A stretch of 32,000 bases of DNA from Candidatus Kuenenia stuttgartensis. Lineage in GTDB: Bacteria; Planctomycetota; Brocadiia; Brocadiales; Brocadiaceae. This document shows positions 1 to 9,136 of the stretch, piece by piece; the stretch's first letter is position 1, and the number at the start of each line of letters is the position of its first letter. Made by a program: the position numbers and the translations under genes. The notes beneath the pieces are model-generated. The model ran no database searches. It was not told where the DNA came from and was given only the letters and a program-made list of their open reading frames with translations. Location of the stretch: positions 4,170,001 through 4,202,000 of the forward strand of contig NZ_LT934425.1 of assembly GCF_900232105.1 (NCBI RefSeq), given 5' to 3'.

Positions 1-589
1 ATTTATCGAAAACTACAAACAACTCAAAGAAGAGAAAGCCCCTGGAGATAAGATACTTTTTATGGATGGAGTTCATCCACAGCACAATTCTACGTCTGCA
101 TATTGCTGGATAGAGAAAGGCAAAAAGAAGGAAATACCCTCTAATACCGGCAGGAAAAGAATAAATTTAAACGGGGCTATTGACATAGAAACCTTTGAAG
201 TAACAATCCGGGAAGATGAAAGCATCAATGCTCAATCAACAATAAAGCTTTTCCATGAAATAGAGTCAAGGTATGCTCAAGCCGGTACTATTTACATAAT
301 CTCTGATAATGCTAAATATTACAGGTCTAAGTTGGTCAAAGAATACCTTGCAAATTCGAGAATAAAGATCAAATTTCTCCCTTCCTATTCGCCCAATTTA
401 AATCTCATTGAAAGATTATGGAAATTCTTTCGCAAAAAAATATTGTATAACAAGTATTATGATACTTATGAGAAGTTTAAAAACAAATGTTTAAGTTTTT
501 TCAAAAATATTAACGAGTATACAGATGAATTGTCTACTCTTTTAACTGAAAATTTTCAAATTATTGGCGAGCAAATTTCGAAAATCTGA
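1..589 (+). mobile_element. IS630-family transposase (DDE superfamily), C-terminal part; ORF continues off the left edge of the window
   Basis: The frame is open from base 2 (FIENYKQLKEEKAPGDKILFMDGVHPQHN...). IS630/Tc1-like motifs: 'FMDGVHPQHN', 'IISDNAKYYRS', 'FLPSYSPNLNLIERLWKFFRKK'. Confidence 0.9.
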
Positions 590-989
590 TTTGTTTGACT
601 ATATAATGAATGCGCCAAAGACTTCCTGTTTTCCCAGGTTCCTTTACTGTTGTTGCATCAAATAAGCGAAGATGAAAATTATTCCGTTTATTAATTTGGA
701 GGCCACGCTCACGGAATAAAGATAAACATAATTTATATAGCCATTCTTTGCTCTTTTTTAATCGCTTTAATAAGGCAACATCGGATAAATCTGCTAAGTT
801 AGCACGCTTGGCTCGAACTACTGTTTCACGCAATGAATAGCCACATCCTAAATGAATTAATAATGTTCGAAGAAGCTTTTCTTCAGATTTATCCTTGCGC
901 AAGCCTTTTAAAGCATTTGTATCAACGGCTAAACTTTTCCAATCGTTTGGGAAGAAAGTTCTTAGAAGATCCCAATCTTCTCTCATCAT
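561..989 (-). pseudogene. IS4-type transposase, N-terminal fragment truncated at the junction with the IS630 remnant (homologous part about 600-989)
   Basis: IS4-like N-terminus 'LLRTLLIHLGCGYSLRETVVRAKRANLADLSDVALLKRLKKS...LRLFDATTVKEPGKTGSLWRIHY', then the sequence changes to tail residues that overlap the IS630 ORF. Confidence 0.75.
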
Positions 990-1247
990 GGCTTTATCCT
1001 CCTATAGAGTGATTAGCGGGATAATTAATATAAAAATACCATGATGAATAAAATTTGTCAATAAAACAAGTTAGCGCTTATGGGGCACCGCCCCCGCAGC
1101 TCCTTATGAAGCAAATTATGTAATCGATCATTTTCTGAAAATTCTATGCTTTACCATCGTGCGTATCACCAATGAATTGCTGCCTTTCATCGGTGTTCAG
1201 GCAATTTGCAATGGTAATGAAAAGAATACACCGAAGTAAAATAATTT

Positions 1248-3287
1248 ATGGAAAACATACAAATAAATATTAACCATTTGTGGGTGATTATGGCGGCCTG
1301 CATGGTATTCCTGATGCAGTTGGGTTTTACCTCTTACGAAACCGGATTTTCCCAGTCCAAAAATGCCATCAGTATTGCATTGAGAAATCTCGTAGATACC
1401 CTTATCTCATCACTCGTTTTTTTCAGTGTGGGCTTTGGGTTCATGTTTGGCAAAAGCTACATGGGATTGATCGGAATAGATCTTTTCTTCGCAAATGATT
1501 TGGCATTGCATCCCAATACGTTATCGTATTCATTCTTTTTTTTCCAAATGGTCTTTGCATCCACAGCCGCCACAATATTAACAGGCGCCATAGCAGAACG
1601 CTCCGGTTTTATTCCCAATATAGCAGGTACCGCATTTATTGTTGCCATTATCTATCCAATCTTCGGGCACTGGGCATGGGGCAATCTCTTTTCCCCCGAT
1701 CAAACCGGCTGGTTAAAAGAATTGGGTTTTATTGATTTTGCAGGTGCAACGGTAGTACATTCCATCGGCGGCTGGTTTGCCATGGCGGCGGCTATAATGG
1801 TAGGGCCAAGAATAGACAAATACAATCCTGACGGATCTTCTAACCGGATTGGGTTACATAATGTACCACTAGCCACATTAGGCACTTTTTTTCTGTGGTT
1901 TGGTTGGTTTGGTTTTAACGGCGGAAGTCTTTTGAGAGTGAGCGCAAATATCGGATTGGTAATCCTGAATACGAACATGGCCGCCGCCTCTGCCGGGGTT
2001 TCCGCCCTCATATTTATTTATGCAACAAGAAAAAGGATCGAAGCAGGAAGTCTCTTCACTGCGATACTTGCCGGATTAGTTGCCATAACGGCAAGTTCAA
2101 ATATGGTTACCCCAGTCAGCGCAGTAGCTATCGGCCTCATTACCGGCATACTGGCAATCATTGCAGAAGGTTTTATTGAAAAGACTTTGAAAATCGACGA
2201 CCCCGTAAGCGCCATTGCCGTGCACGGAGTCGGCGGGGTAATAGGTACGCTCTGCGTCGCAATATTTGCGCAAAAATCGTATCTTCTTGCGGAAAACGGA
2301 AGCAGAATGCATCAGTTAGGCATACAGGCGTTAGGCGTTATCGTCGCCTTTTCGTGGTCATTCGGGCTGGGCATGCTTTTCTTCTTATGCCTAAAGAAAG
2401 TAAAGAGATTACGGGTAACCCCTGAAGAAGAAAAGAGAGGACTGAATGTCGCCGAATATGAAGACGTTGCGTCGTGGCTTGATTTTATAAGAATAACACG
2501 GCTGCAGGATATAAATACAATACTTGAAAAAAGGGTGCAGGAAAAGACAGCAGACCTTCAAATGGCAAATGTTGCTTTAGAAAAGGCAAACAGGCTGAAA
2601 TCTGAATTCCTGACAACAATGTCACATGAGCTGCGCACTCCTTTAAACGCAATCATTGGATTCGCAGAAGTCTTACGTGACGAAATCGCCGGTTCTCTCA
2701 GCAAAGACCAAAAAGAATACGTAACCGATATTCACAGCAGCGGCCATCATCTGCTTGATATGATTAACAACATATTGGACCTTTCAAAAATTGAAACGGG
2801 GAAAATGCATCTTCAATACGAGGAATTTTGCATTGAAGATGCAATTAATGACACACTGACAATTATAAACGCATCCGCCAACAATAAAGGAATTTCCGTT
2901 CATACAAATATACAGGATAACACGCCACTGCTATCCGCTGACAAAACAAAATTCAGGCAGATTCTTTATAATTTGCTATCAAATGCAGTGAAATTTACCC
3001 CTGAAAATGGCAAAATTACTATAAACGTTTTCCAAAAAGACAACTCTCTGCAATTTGAAATAGTTGATACCGGCATTGGTATAAAGCCTGAAGACAAAGA
3101 GAAATTATTCGAAGCATTTCACCAGGCAGATGCATCGCTTACAAGAGAATATGAGGGTACAGGGCTTGGATTGCATCTGACAAAACGTCTTGTAGAATTA
3201 CATGGTGGCAAGATATGGGCAGAAAGTACCTTTGGAAAAGGAAGCACCTTCTTTTTTATCTTGCCCATAAATCCAGTGAACAAGTAA
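1248..3287 (+). CDS. Ammonium transporter (Amt) fused to a sensor histidine kinase (HisKA + HATPase_c)
   Basis: N-terminal Amt domain with both candidate pore histidines (ATVVHSIGGW, IAVHGVGG). C-terminal H-box 'FLTTMSHELRTPLNAIIGFAEVL', N-box 'ILYNLLSNAVKFTPENG', G-boxes 'VDTGIGIKPED' and 'GTGLGLHLTKRLVELHGG'. Confidence 0.95.
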   Translation: MENIQININHLWVIMAACMVFLMQLGFTSYETGFSQSKNAISIALRNLVDTLISSLVFFSVGFGFMFGKSYMGLIGIDLFFANDLALHPNTLSYSFFFFQMVFASTAATILTGAIAERSGFIPNIAGTAFIVAIIYPIFGHWAWGNLFSPDQTGWLKELGFIDFAGATVVHSIGGWFAMAAAIMVGPRIDKYNPDGSSNRIGLHNVPLATLGTFFLWFGWFGFNGGSLLRVSANIGLVILNTNMAAASAGVSALIFIYATRKRIEAGSLFTAILAGLVAITASSNMVTPVSAVAIGLITGILAIIAEGFIEKTLKIDDPVSAIAVHGVGGVIGTLCVAIFAQKSYLLAENGSRMHQLGIQALGVIVAFSWSFGLGMLFFLCLKKVKRLRVTPEEEKRGLNVAEYEDVASWLDFIRITRLQDINTILEKRVQEKTADLQMANVALEKANRLKSEFLTTMSHELRTPLNAIIGFAEVLRDEIAGSLSKDQKEYVTDIHSSGHHLLDMINNILDLSKIETGKMHLQYEEFCIEDAINDTLTIINASANNKGISVHTNIQDNTPLLSADKTKFRQILYNLLSNAVKFTPENGKITINVFQKDNSLQFEIVDTGIGIKPEDKEKLFEAFHQADASLTREYEGTGLGLHLTKRLVELHGGKIWAESTFGKGSTFFFILPINPVNK

Positions 3288-3428
3288 GATATGCGACGCA
3301 CTACGTTAAAGTTTAAATTCCTTCCCGTATCTTGCGGAGAAAGAAACCGGAAGGAGGCATTATTTCATAACCACCCCTTAATCCCTTCCTTGCATAGGAG
3401 AGGAAAGCTCTCTCTGTTCGTACCTTTG

Positions 3429-3540
3429 ACAAAATGATTTGAAATGCTAAGCAAATGCATCTTTTGTATCTCGCATTTCGTGCTTCATAATTGTTGTATG
3501 TTTTGGATTTGTTTTGAATTTTATGCTTTGTTATTCGGAT
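3429..3540. repeat. Dispersed degenerate intergenic repeat, copy A (copy B at about 11145-11265)
   Basis: 'caaaatgatttgaaatgctaagcaaatgcatctttt...ttgttgtatgttttggatttgttttgaattttatgctttgtt' matches 'caaaatgatttgaaatgttaaacaagcatatctttc...ttgttggatgttttgaatttgtgttgaattttatgtttgttt'. Confidence 0.7.
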
Positions 3541-3616
3541 TTGTTTCGTATTTCGTACCTCGAGTTTCGTATTTTTTATTTCGTGCTTGTTTGGTTCTGG
3601 CTATGCCAGCTTAGGT

Positions 3617-5206
3617 ATGACCAATAAATTTAACTATATACTCCTCTTAAGTGTTTTAATTATCACCCCGTTATTCTTTTTGCCATTTACTCCGGAAGAC
3701 CCTTTTCTGCTTCCCAAAAGAGCAGTTTCTACCTTACTTTCATGCGGTGTAATTATTTTTGTTTTCTTCCCTGCGAACAAATTATTAACGACTTTATCAT
3801 CTTCACTCTTTTCAGCAACGTTGCTATTACTCACCTGTTTTGCCGTAACTATTCCATACAGTACAAATTATCATGAGGGCTTCGATGAATTAAAAAGATG
3901 GGCATGCCTTTTCACTCTTTTCCTTGCGGCTTCACAAATAAGGTGGTCCCGAAATATACTTCTGCCACTGATAAAGATCTGCATGGGAATAAGTTGTTTT
4001 ATCGCACTATATGCATTGTTAGAGTATTTTGAAATACTCTCCTTCTATCCATGCGGTTTTTCAAAAAAAAGAATATATTCTTTTTTTGGTTATCAAAATA
4101 TACTGGCGCAATATTTATCCATCATGGTTTTGTGGAGCCTTGGAATCCTGGTAAATTGTTCATCAATTAAAACAAAAATAACGACCATTTCCTGCATATC
4201 CATATCCTTGCTAGCCTTGTTTTTTACTTTTTGCAGAGGGGCGATGGTTTCAACTATAATTGGAGGCATATTCTTTTCAGTTTATTATCTCAGCATAAAA
4301 TTAAAAACCTCGTCTATTTCCCCAATAGTCTCACTATGTTCATCAAAGAAAAGAGTAATCTTTTTTTTGTGCATCATATCGTTTATGTTTGCACTGCCTG
4401 TTGCCGCTTTATGGGGAAAAATTCCAATTAAACACAAAAAAACATCACGCCATATTTCAACGATAATCAGCAGAAAAGATAATTTACGTTTTACTCTTTG
4501 GAAAGACTCGGCAAAAATGCTGATTCAGGAACCTGTCAGGGGAGTGGGTTTAGGAAATTATTTTATTAAATACCCTCTTTACAAATCGGGAAAATGGAAA
4601 TGGATGACCATGTATGCACACAACGAATTATTACACATGGTTACAGAAACAGGTATCGTGGGTTTTTGCGGCATTTGCATTTTCCTCTTTGTTATTATAA
4701 GGGCTATTTTGCGGAATTTTCTTTTTAAATATACTACTGAAACAAAACTATTATTCCTTGCGCCTGCCGCAGGATGCATTGCTGCGTTGTCTCAATCGAT
4801 GGTAAGTTACAACCTGCACTCATCTACCTCTTCCGTGTATTTTTTCATCGGACTGGGAATTATTTGCTCAGGGAAATTTGAAGAAACAAAAACCGAAACG
4901 CTCTTCTTTAATACTTTGTTTAAAAAAATCCTTGTTATCGTTCCCGTTATTTTTATTTCGATTTGGGGGATGTATGGCGAATACAGGAAAATTATCGGTC
5001 ATTATTATTACAATAATGCTTTAAACGCATTGATTGAAGAAGACCCTCAGGAGTGCATTGAATATTCTTTAAAGGCGATAGAACTTCAGCCATACAATTC
5101 AAAATACCATCGTTTAATAAGCATTGCCTATGAAGATTCAGATCAGCAGGAACTTGCAGAACAACATTATAGAAAAGTCCTGACACTGACACCGAATCAT
5201 AAATAA
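3617..5206 (+). CDS. O-antigen ligase/polymerase-like multi-pass membrane protein with C-terminal TPR-like region
   Basis: Hydrophobic multi-pass ORF with a Wzy/WaaL-like region 'VRGVGLGNYFIKYPLY...MYAHNELLHMVTETGIVGFCGI', followed by TPR-like 'CIEYSLKAIELQPYNSKYHRLISIAYEDSDQQELAEQHYRKVLTLTP'. The track start is 3587; an internal Met at 3617 is an alternative. Confidence 0.8.
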   Translation: MTNKFNYILLLSVLIITPLFFLPFTPEDPFLLPKRAVSTLLSCGVIIFVFFPANKLLTTLSSSLFSATLLLLTCFAVTIPYSTNYHEGFDELKRWACLFTLFLAASQIRWSRNILLPLIKICMGISCFIALYALLEYFEILSFYPCGFSKKRIYSFFGYQNILAQYLSIMVLWSLGILVNCSSIKTKITTISCISISLLALFFTFCRGAMVSTIIGGIFFSVYYLSIKLKTSSISPIVSLCSSKKRVIFFLCIISFMFALPVAALWGKIPIKHKKTSRHISTIISRKDNLRFTLWKDSAKMLIQEPVRGVGLGNYFIKYPLYKSGKWKWMTMYAHNELLHMVTETGIVGFCGICIFLFVIIRAILRNFLFKYTTETKLLFLAPAAGCIAALSQSMVSYNLHSSTSSVYFFIGLGIICSGKFEETKTETLFFNTLFKKILVIVPVIFISIWGMYGEYRKIIGHYYYNNALNALIEEDPQECIEYSLKAIELQPYNSKYHRLISIAYEDSDQQELAEQHYRKVLTLTPNHK

Positions 5207-5553
5207 TGAGTAACAACATGTAATGCATATAAAGACGGCTGACGCCTGCCTATGCGATGCATGCAGACAGGTGCGATCAACTAACAGGCAGGCAATACCA
5301 AACCCACAGTGTACCTTTTTTCGTCAAGCAATGAATACCCCCCTACACGGCAACGTCAAAGTCACCCTACGAAAGACGCGGATCAAGAATTTGTGCCAAA
5401 AGCTCCCGTCAATAAGTGGAGAAGAAAGTAAAAAACGATAGAATTCCCATATAAATCGGCAGAAATGAGCAAAACAAGCAAAATGTAACGGGAGTATCCC
5501 TGTGGTAACGAAAGAGATAGTAAAAAAATAAAGGCTTTTTTTTGTTCTCTACA

Positions 5554-7313
5554 TTACAAGCGAAGCATTTGAAGTGCAAGAAAAGGTCTTGCCGCAAAAT
5601 TTCTGAGCGTCTTTGCAATATTTGGTACATTGAGAAAATGAAACAGCCCAACCACAAGGTTCTTCAAAGAAGCCATTGCCCTTGGGGCATTTTGTGTGCG
5701 TATTTGAGAATGGTCTTCACGGAAGGAGGTATCACGCACATAATGAAGTCCATTTTCTATTGACCAGTGTCCGCGGGAAAACTTAAGAATGGTTTTGGGA
5801 CTTGCTTTTTGTTGTGTCAGGCTGGTAATACCGTAAACAATTTCCTCGGTCTTTTTGCCGGTCTTGACTTTTGTAAATATTCTATGAATGCAAAATACCT
5901 GCTTAACGTAGGGGAAATCAAGTTATTCGTTTAATTCGGTGCTGGTCCAAATCCTGCGGATTTCAATGCGGCCATGGCCTTTTTCAATTGTTTCGTGCTG
6001 AGGGGGGGAAAAGAACTGAGATTCAGTTCCTTGATGGCTTGTTTTATGGTTTTTTGATTATCTTTCACCGTGAATATATATTCTGCCTTTTTGTCTTCTA
6101 CCAGATAACGGGCGGTTTCCTTTTGCGCATGTAAGGCATCGAAAGTAACGACACGGTCTTTTATGTCTAAATCATCAAACAATACCGGAACCATCGGTAT
6201 TTCGTTTGTTTTGCGGTCTACCTGAGTTTGTGCGAGAACTATACCCTGTTTATGAAGAAAAGCGGCAAGCAAATGTACCTGTTTGCCGTCAGGCTGTCTT
6301 GCACCGCAAAGGGTTTTCCCGTCAACCGCAATGGGCAGGCTTTTATCACCTACAGATTGAAACCAACGCGAGAGGACTTTATCAACTGCTTCTGCATCCA
6401 CCTGCTGTAAGAAACGCCTGATGGTAGGTTCACTCGGTGGTTCGTATCGTTTCGTTTTTGCATTGTAACGGCAGGAGAGACGTTTGAGCATATTTTGCGG
6501 ACAACGCTTTGCCCACTCTGCAATGGCGGCAAAGCTCCAGGCATTGCAGATGATAGCACAGATAGAAATTGCCAGGATAGAACGTTTCCTGTGGCGAACG
6601 CCTCTGGGCATGCGATGTTCAGGGATTTGCTGCAATAATTCGTCAAGAAATTCCGCATCTTTTAAAGATAATTTCATAGGCTTTGTCTCCTTTCTTAATT
6701 GTATGGTAAGATTAAGGTTGTTAAGTTGTTTTTGGACTTGTGCTTTCAATGAGCGAACAAAGACCATCTTTGGCTTATTGTGCAGAAGATAGCCTTGTGA
6801 TGATCTGGCAAAACCGGTTGAATGTCCTAAAAAAATCCATCCTGCGGCCTTATAGCAGACGCCTTTAAAAAAACGAGGATCGACAAAGGTCTCCACAAGC
6901 CAGATTGGATGCCCATAGACCTTAGTCCAGTCTTGTGATAAGCGCTTAAGGTTAAGAGAAAGAATACGGGAGGCAAGGTTTGGTACGTGTATCTGAGGAA
7001 GGATCAGGAAACGTGAGTTGTTTGCTATGAGTTTCAGTCGTTGCGATTTTAAAAATGGCGGCCATCCAATCCACTTATCGCGAACGGTACATTTTAATGC
7101 TGCGGCAGCCCAGCCGATCAAGGCAAGCCATTGTCCCTGTGATTCCGCTACGTAGCGAATTGATTCTCCTACGAGAGAATGAAATCCAAGGTAATGATGC
7201 TGGCGCATCAGTGTGTCCCAATTTGCCTGGTCGTTTTGTGAAACAGGACGAACGGTAATTGAATGAAGTAGTTCGTTGTGTGTGTTATCGATTGGTGTTG
7301 TATGCTGGTTCAT
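5554..7313 (-). pseudogene. DUF4338/DruA-like domain fused to an ISAs1-family (H-repeat-type) DDE transposase; disrupted by a frameshift and an in-frame stop
   Basis: Track ORF 5931..7313 carries 'WLVETFVDPRFFKGVCYKAAGWIFLGHSTGFARSSQGY...KMVFVRSL' (DUF4338-like), then 'RHRKRSILAISICAIICNAWSFAAIAEWAK...LPIAVDGKTLCGARQPDGKQVHLLAAF...VTFDALHAQKETARYLV' (ISAs1). The missing C-terminus reads in another frame: EKGHGRIEIRRIWTSTELNE*LDFPYVKQVFCIHRIFTKVKTGKKTEEIVYGITSLTQQKASPKTILKFSRGHWSIENGLHYVRDTSFREDHSQIRTQNAPRAMASLKNLVVGLFHFLNVPNIAKTLR. Confidence 0.88.
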
Positions 7314-7589
7314 GCCCTATAATATAAAATATTTTAGGGGGAATGTCCACGTTTTTTTACATATCTTTGTATATTATGCGCTTATGGAAAACTTTGACAG
7401 CGCCGTGGTAGGAAGATAGTCTTCCTCTTTCATGACGAAGTCGATAGATATACCCTAAGGGGCTCTCTTAGAGATGCAGAGATTGATATTGATGAGTTTG
7501 TGAAGAATCTGTAGGGTTAGTTTTTTATGAAGGGGTGATTGGTAAAAAGTTTCTAACTTAATAAGGTACAAGGATCACAAATAGAAAAC

Positions 7590-7648
7590 ACCTAACAATT
7601 CAATACAGCGGACGGCAAAAACCGCTGCCGCTGATTTCTGCGTTAGCC
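7590..7648 (+). repeat. attC site (59-base-element type), integron recombination site
   Basis: ACCTAACAATTCAATACAGCGGACGGCAAAAACCGCTGCCGCTGATTTCTGCGTTAGCC: R'' (CTAAC), L''/L' arms (ATACAGCGG / CCGCTGAT with an extrahelical base), R' GTTAGCC. The 'CTAACAATTCA...AGCGGACG' core closely resembles classical integron attC sites. Confidence 0.85.
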
Positions 7649-7727
7649 CAAAAAACAATACTTCTATTATTCATGTGACGTGCTATACTACTAAAAACAA
7701 TAACCTTGAATTTGAGGGGAGAACAGA

Positions 7728-7928
7728 ATGTCAACAGTAAGCAAAATCAAAGAAGCGATAGAAACCCTTCCAGAGAATGATTATGTACAATTGAGGCAGT
7801 GGTTTTCGGAAAAAGACTGGAAAAAATGGGATAATCAGATTTTAGCGGATTCAGAAGCAGGAACGCTGGATTTCCTGATTAAGGAAGCCCTTGAAGAAAA
7901 ATCGAAGGGAAAGCTTAAAGAACTATAA
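7728..7928 (+). CDS. Probable antitoxin of a type II TA module (66 aa)
   Basis: Small ORF 'MSTVSKIKEAIETLPENDYVQLRQWFSEKDWKKWDNQILADSEAGTLDFLIKEALEEKSKGKLKEL' with SD-like 'gagggga' upstream. It ends directly before the toxin ORF. Confidence 0.75.
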   Translation: MSTVSKIKEAIETLPENDYVQLRQWFSEKDWKKWDNQILADSEAGTLDFLIKEALEEKSKGKLKEL

Positions 7929-8189
7929 ATGCATCGGACAACAAATCGATTCTGGAAATATTTTGAGAATCTTCCACCACTTGTTCAAAAGAGAGCTAGG
8001 AAGAATTTTGAGCTTCTCAAAAAGAACCATTCGCATCCATCTCTTCATTTTAAAAAAGGTGGAGTGCTTTGGTCAGCCAGAGTCGGAATGAATCATAGGG
8101 CACTTTCAGTTGAAGATGGTAAAGATTATATTTGGGTTTGGATAGGTACTCACGATGAGTACGAGCGTATGATTAATAAAAAGGGCTAA
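7929..8189 (+). CDS. RelE/ParE-superfamily toxin (type II TA)
   Basis: 'FWKYFENLPPLVQKRARKNFELLKKNHSHPSLHFKKGGVLWSARVGMNHRALSVEDGKDYIWVWIGTHDEYERMI' matches the RelE/ParE-like fold signature. The start codon immediately follows the antitoxin stop. Confidence 0.82.
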   Translation: MHRTTNRFWKYFENLPPLVQKRARKNFELLKKNHSHPSLHFKKGGVLWSARVGMNHRALSVEDGKDYIWVWIGTHDEYERMINKKG

Positions 8190-8308
8190 CAAGCGCATTA
8201 AGCCAACCACCAATAACTATGCGATTTAATATTTATTGAGGCTGCCGCTTCAAGCCTTTCTTGCAAGCGTTACGCACAGGTGGTGGTTGCTTATGCGAGA
8301 CGTTAGCC
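8184..8308 (+). repeat. attC site (about 125 bp, long VCR-like type)
   Basis: GGCTAAC-AAGCGCATTAAGCCAACCACCA ... TGGTGGTTGCTTATGCGAGAC-GTTAGCC. R''/R' pair as GGCTAAC/GTTAGCC. The L arms pair with bulged (extrahelical) bases. Confidence 0.82.
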
Positions 8309-8401
8309 GTACTAAACAAAAACAGGAACCAATCAGGTTATACCTGAAAGAGTTCTTTATTTCCCATCATAACTTCATGCATTAGACCAAAATTGTTTTA
8401 T

Positions 8402-8580
8402 GGGGGTATCCGCTTGACTCAAGTAGAGCCATATCTTGTGGTTTACGTATGTAATCGGTCACCACGAATATTTCGTCCCTTTACTGGCTCACTGGTTCAA
8501 TGTTAACAGCCTTTAGTGGGTAATCTTCTATACCCACCTATACTATATGTTGTATCTACTTGAGTCAAGCGGATACCCCC
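8402..8580. mobile_element. MITE-like non-coding element, 179 bp, perfect 26-bp TIRs
   Basis: TIR GGGGGTATCCGCTTGACTCAAGTAGA (8402-8427) is the exact reverse complement of 8555-8580. It is flanked by a direct repeat ATTGTTTTAT at 8392-8401 and 8581-8590. Confidence 0.9.
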
Positions 8581-8623
8581 ATTGTTTTATTTATAAGACT
8601 TTCTACAGAAAGGAATCGGAACG

Positions 8624-8932
8624 ATGAATATGCATAACTACCTGTTACCGTTACTGCTGACTCTTGCATTTGTATTTTTTTTATCAATGCCAGGGAGCAA
8701 GGCGAGTAATTGTTTTGCCGGGGATGCATATGCAGGAGATAAATATGAATACAAGGTGGCGCGTATCACTACTGTGGGAATCCCTGAAGAATTGCTTAAT
8801 GCTTCAGGTGATGAGGGATGGGAACTTGTACTGATCCATCAGGAACAGAGATTTAAATACTTAATATTTAAAAGAAAGGTTGTTGATGATTATGAGAAAA
8901 ACAAACAGGTTGCTGTTCCTTCTGGGAAATAA
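8624..8932 (+). CDS. Small secreted/lipoprotein-like protein with a DUF4177-like motif
   Basis: Signal-peptide-like N-terminus (LLPLLLTLAFVFFLSMPGSKA), then 'YEYKVARITTVGIPEELLNASGDEGWELVLIHQEQRFKYLIFKRK'. The EGWELV pattern is typical of DUF4177. Confidence 0.65.
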   Translation: MNMHNYLLPLLLTLAFVFFLSMPGSKASNCFAGDAYAGDKYEYKVARITTVGIPEELLNASGDEGWELVLIHQEQRFKYLIFKRKVVDDYEKNKQVAVPSGK

Positions 8933-9136
8933 TACCTCCTTATCGTATCGCATGAATTGAACACCTCTGGGATAAACCAATCATAAAGCCTTTGAACCGC
9001 AGAATCCCCCCCCCTCCTCTTTCCCCAGCTTACGAAGGAATGTATTAAGGGGTGGCAAAAAACTTATTTTAAAAAAGAGGTTTTACCGGATAATACTATC
9101 CGATGTTTTCGTTTCGTTTCATTTCATCGCATCCCT

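Larger units (their letters stand above)
7643..8302 (+). mobile_element. Integron gene cassette (660 bp) carrying a type II toxin-antitoxin pair
   Basis: Bounded by the predicted G|TT cut points of two same-orientation attC-like sites (7642/7643 and 8302/8303). Contains two closely spaced plus-strand ORFs. Confidence 0.75.

Noticed and set aside
1280-2312. Overlapping/antisense ORFs within the Amt-histidine kinase gene
   Set aside because: The plus-strand frame has clear Amt/kinase homology; the others are shadows.
5223-5763. Plus-strand ORFs 5223..5441 and 5542..5763
   Set aside because: Composition is not protein-like, and the second is antisense to the conserved ISAs1 transposase C-terminus, so both are treated as spurious.
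5931-7313. Druantia defence system
   Set aside because: Only the DruA-like domain is present, and it is fused to a transposase. No druB-E or druH helicase genes are nearby, so it is not a defence locus.
8309-9136. Third attC downstream of the DUF4177-like ORF
   Set aside because: No GTTRRRY/RYYYAAC pair with complementary arms was found between 8932 and 9136, so the ORF cannot be confirmed as a cassette.
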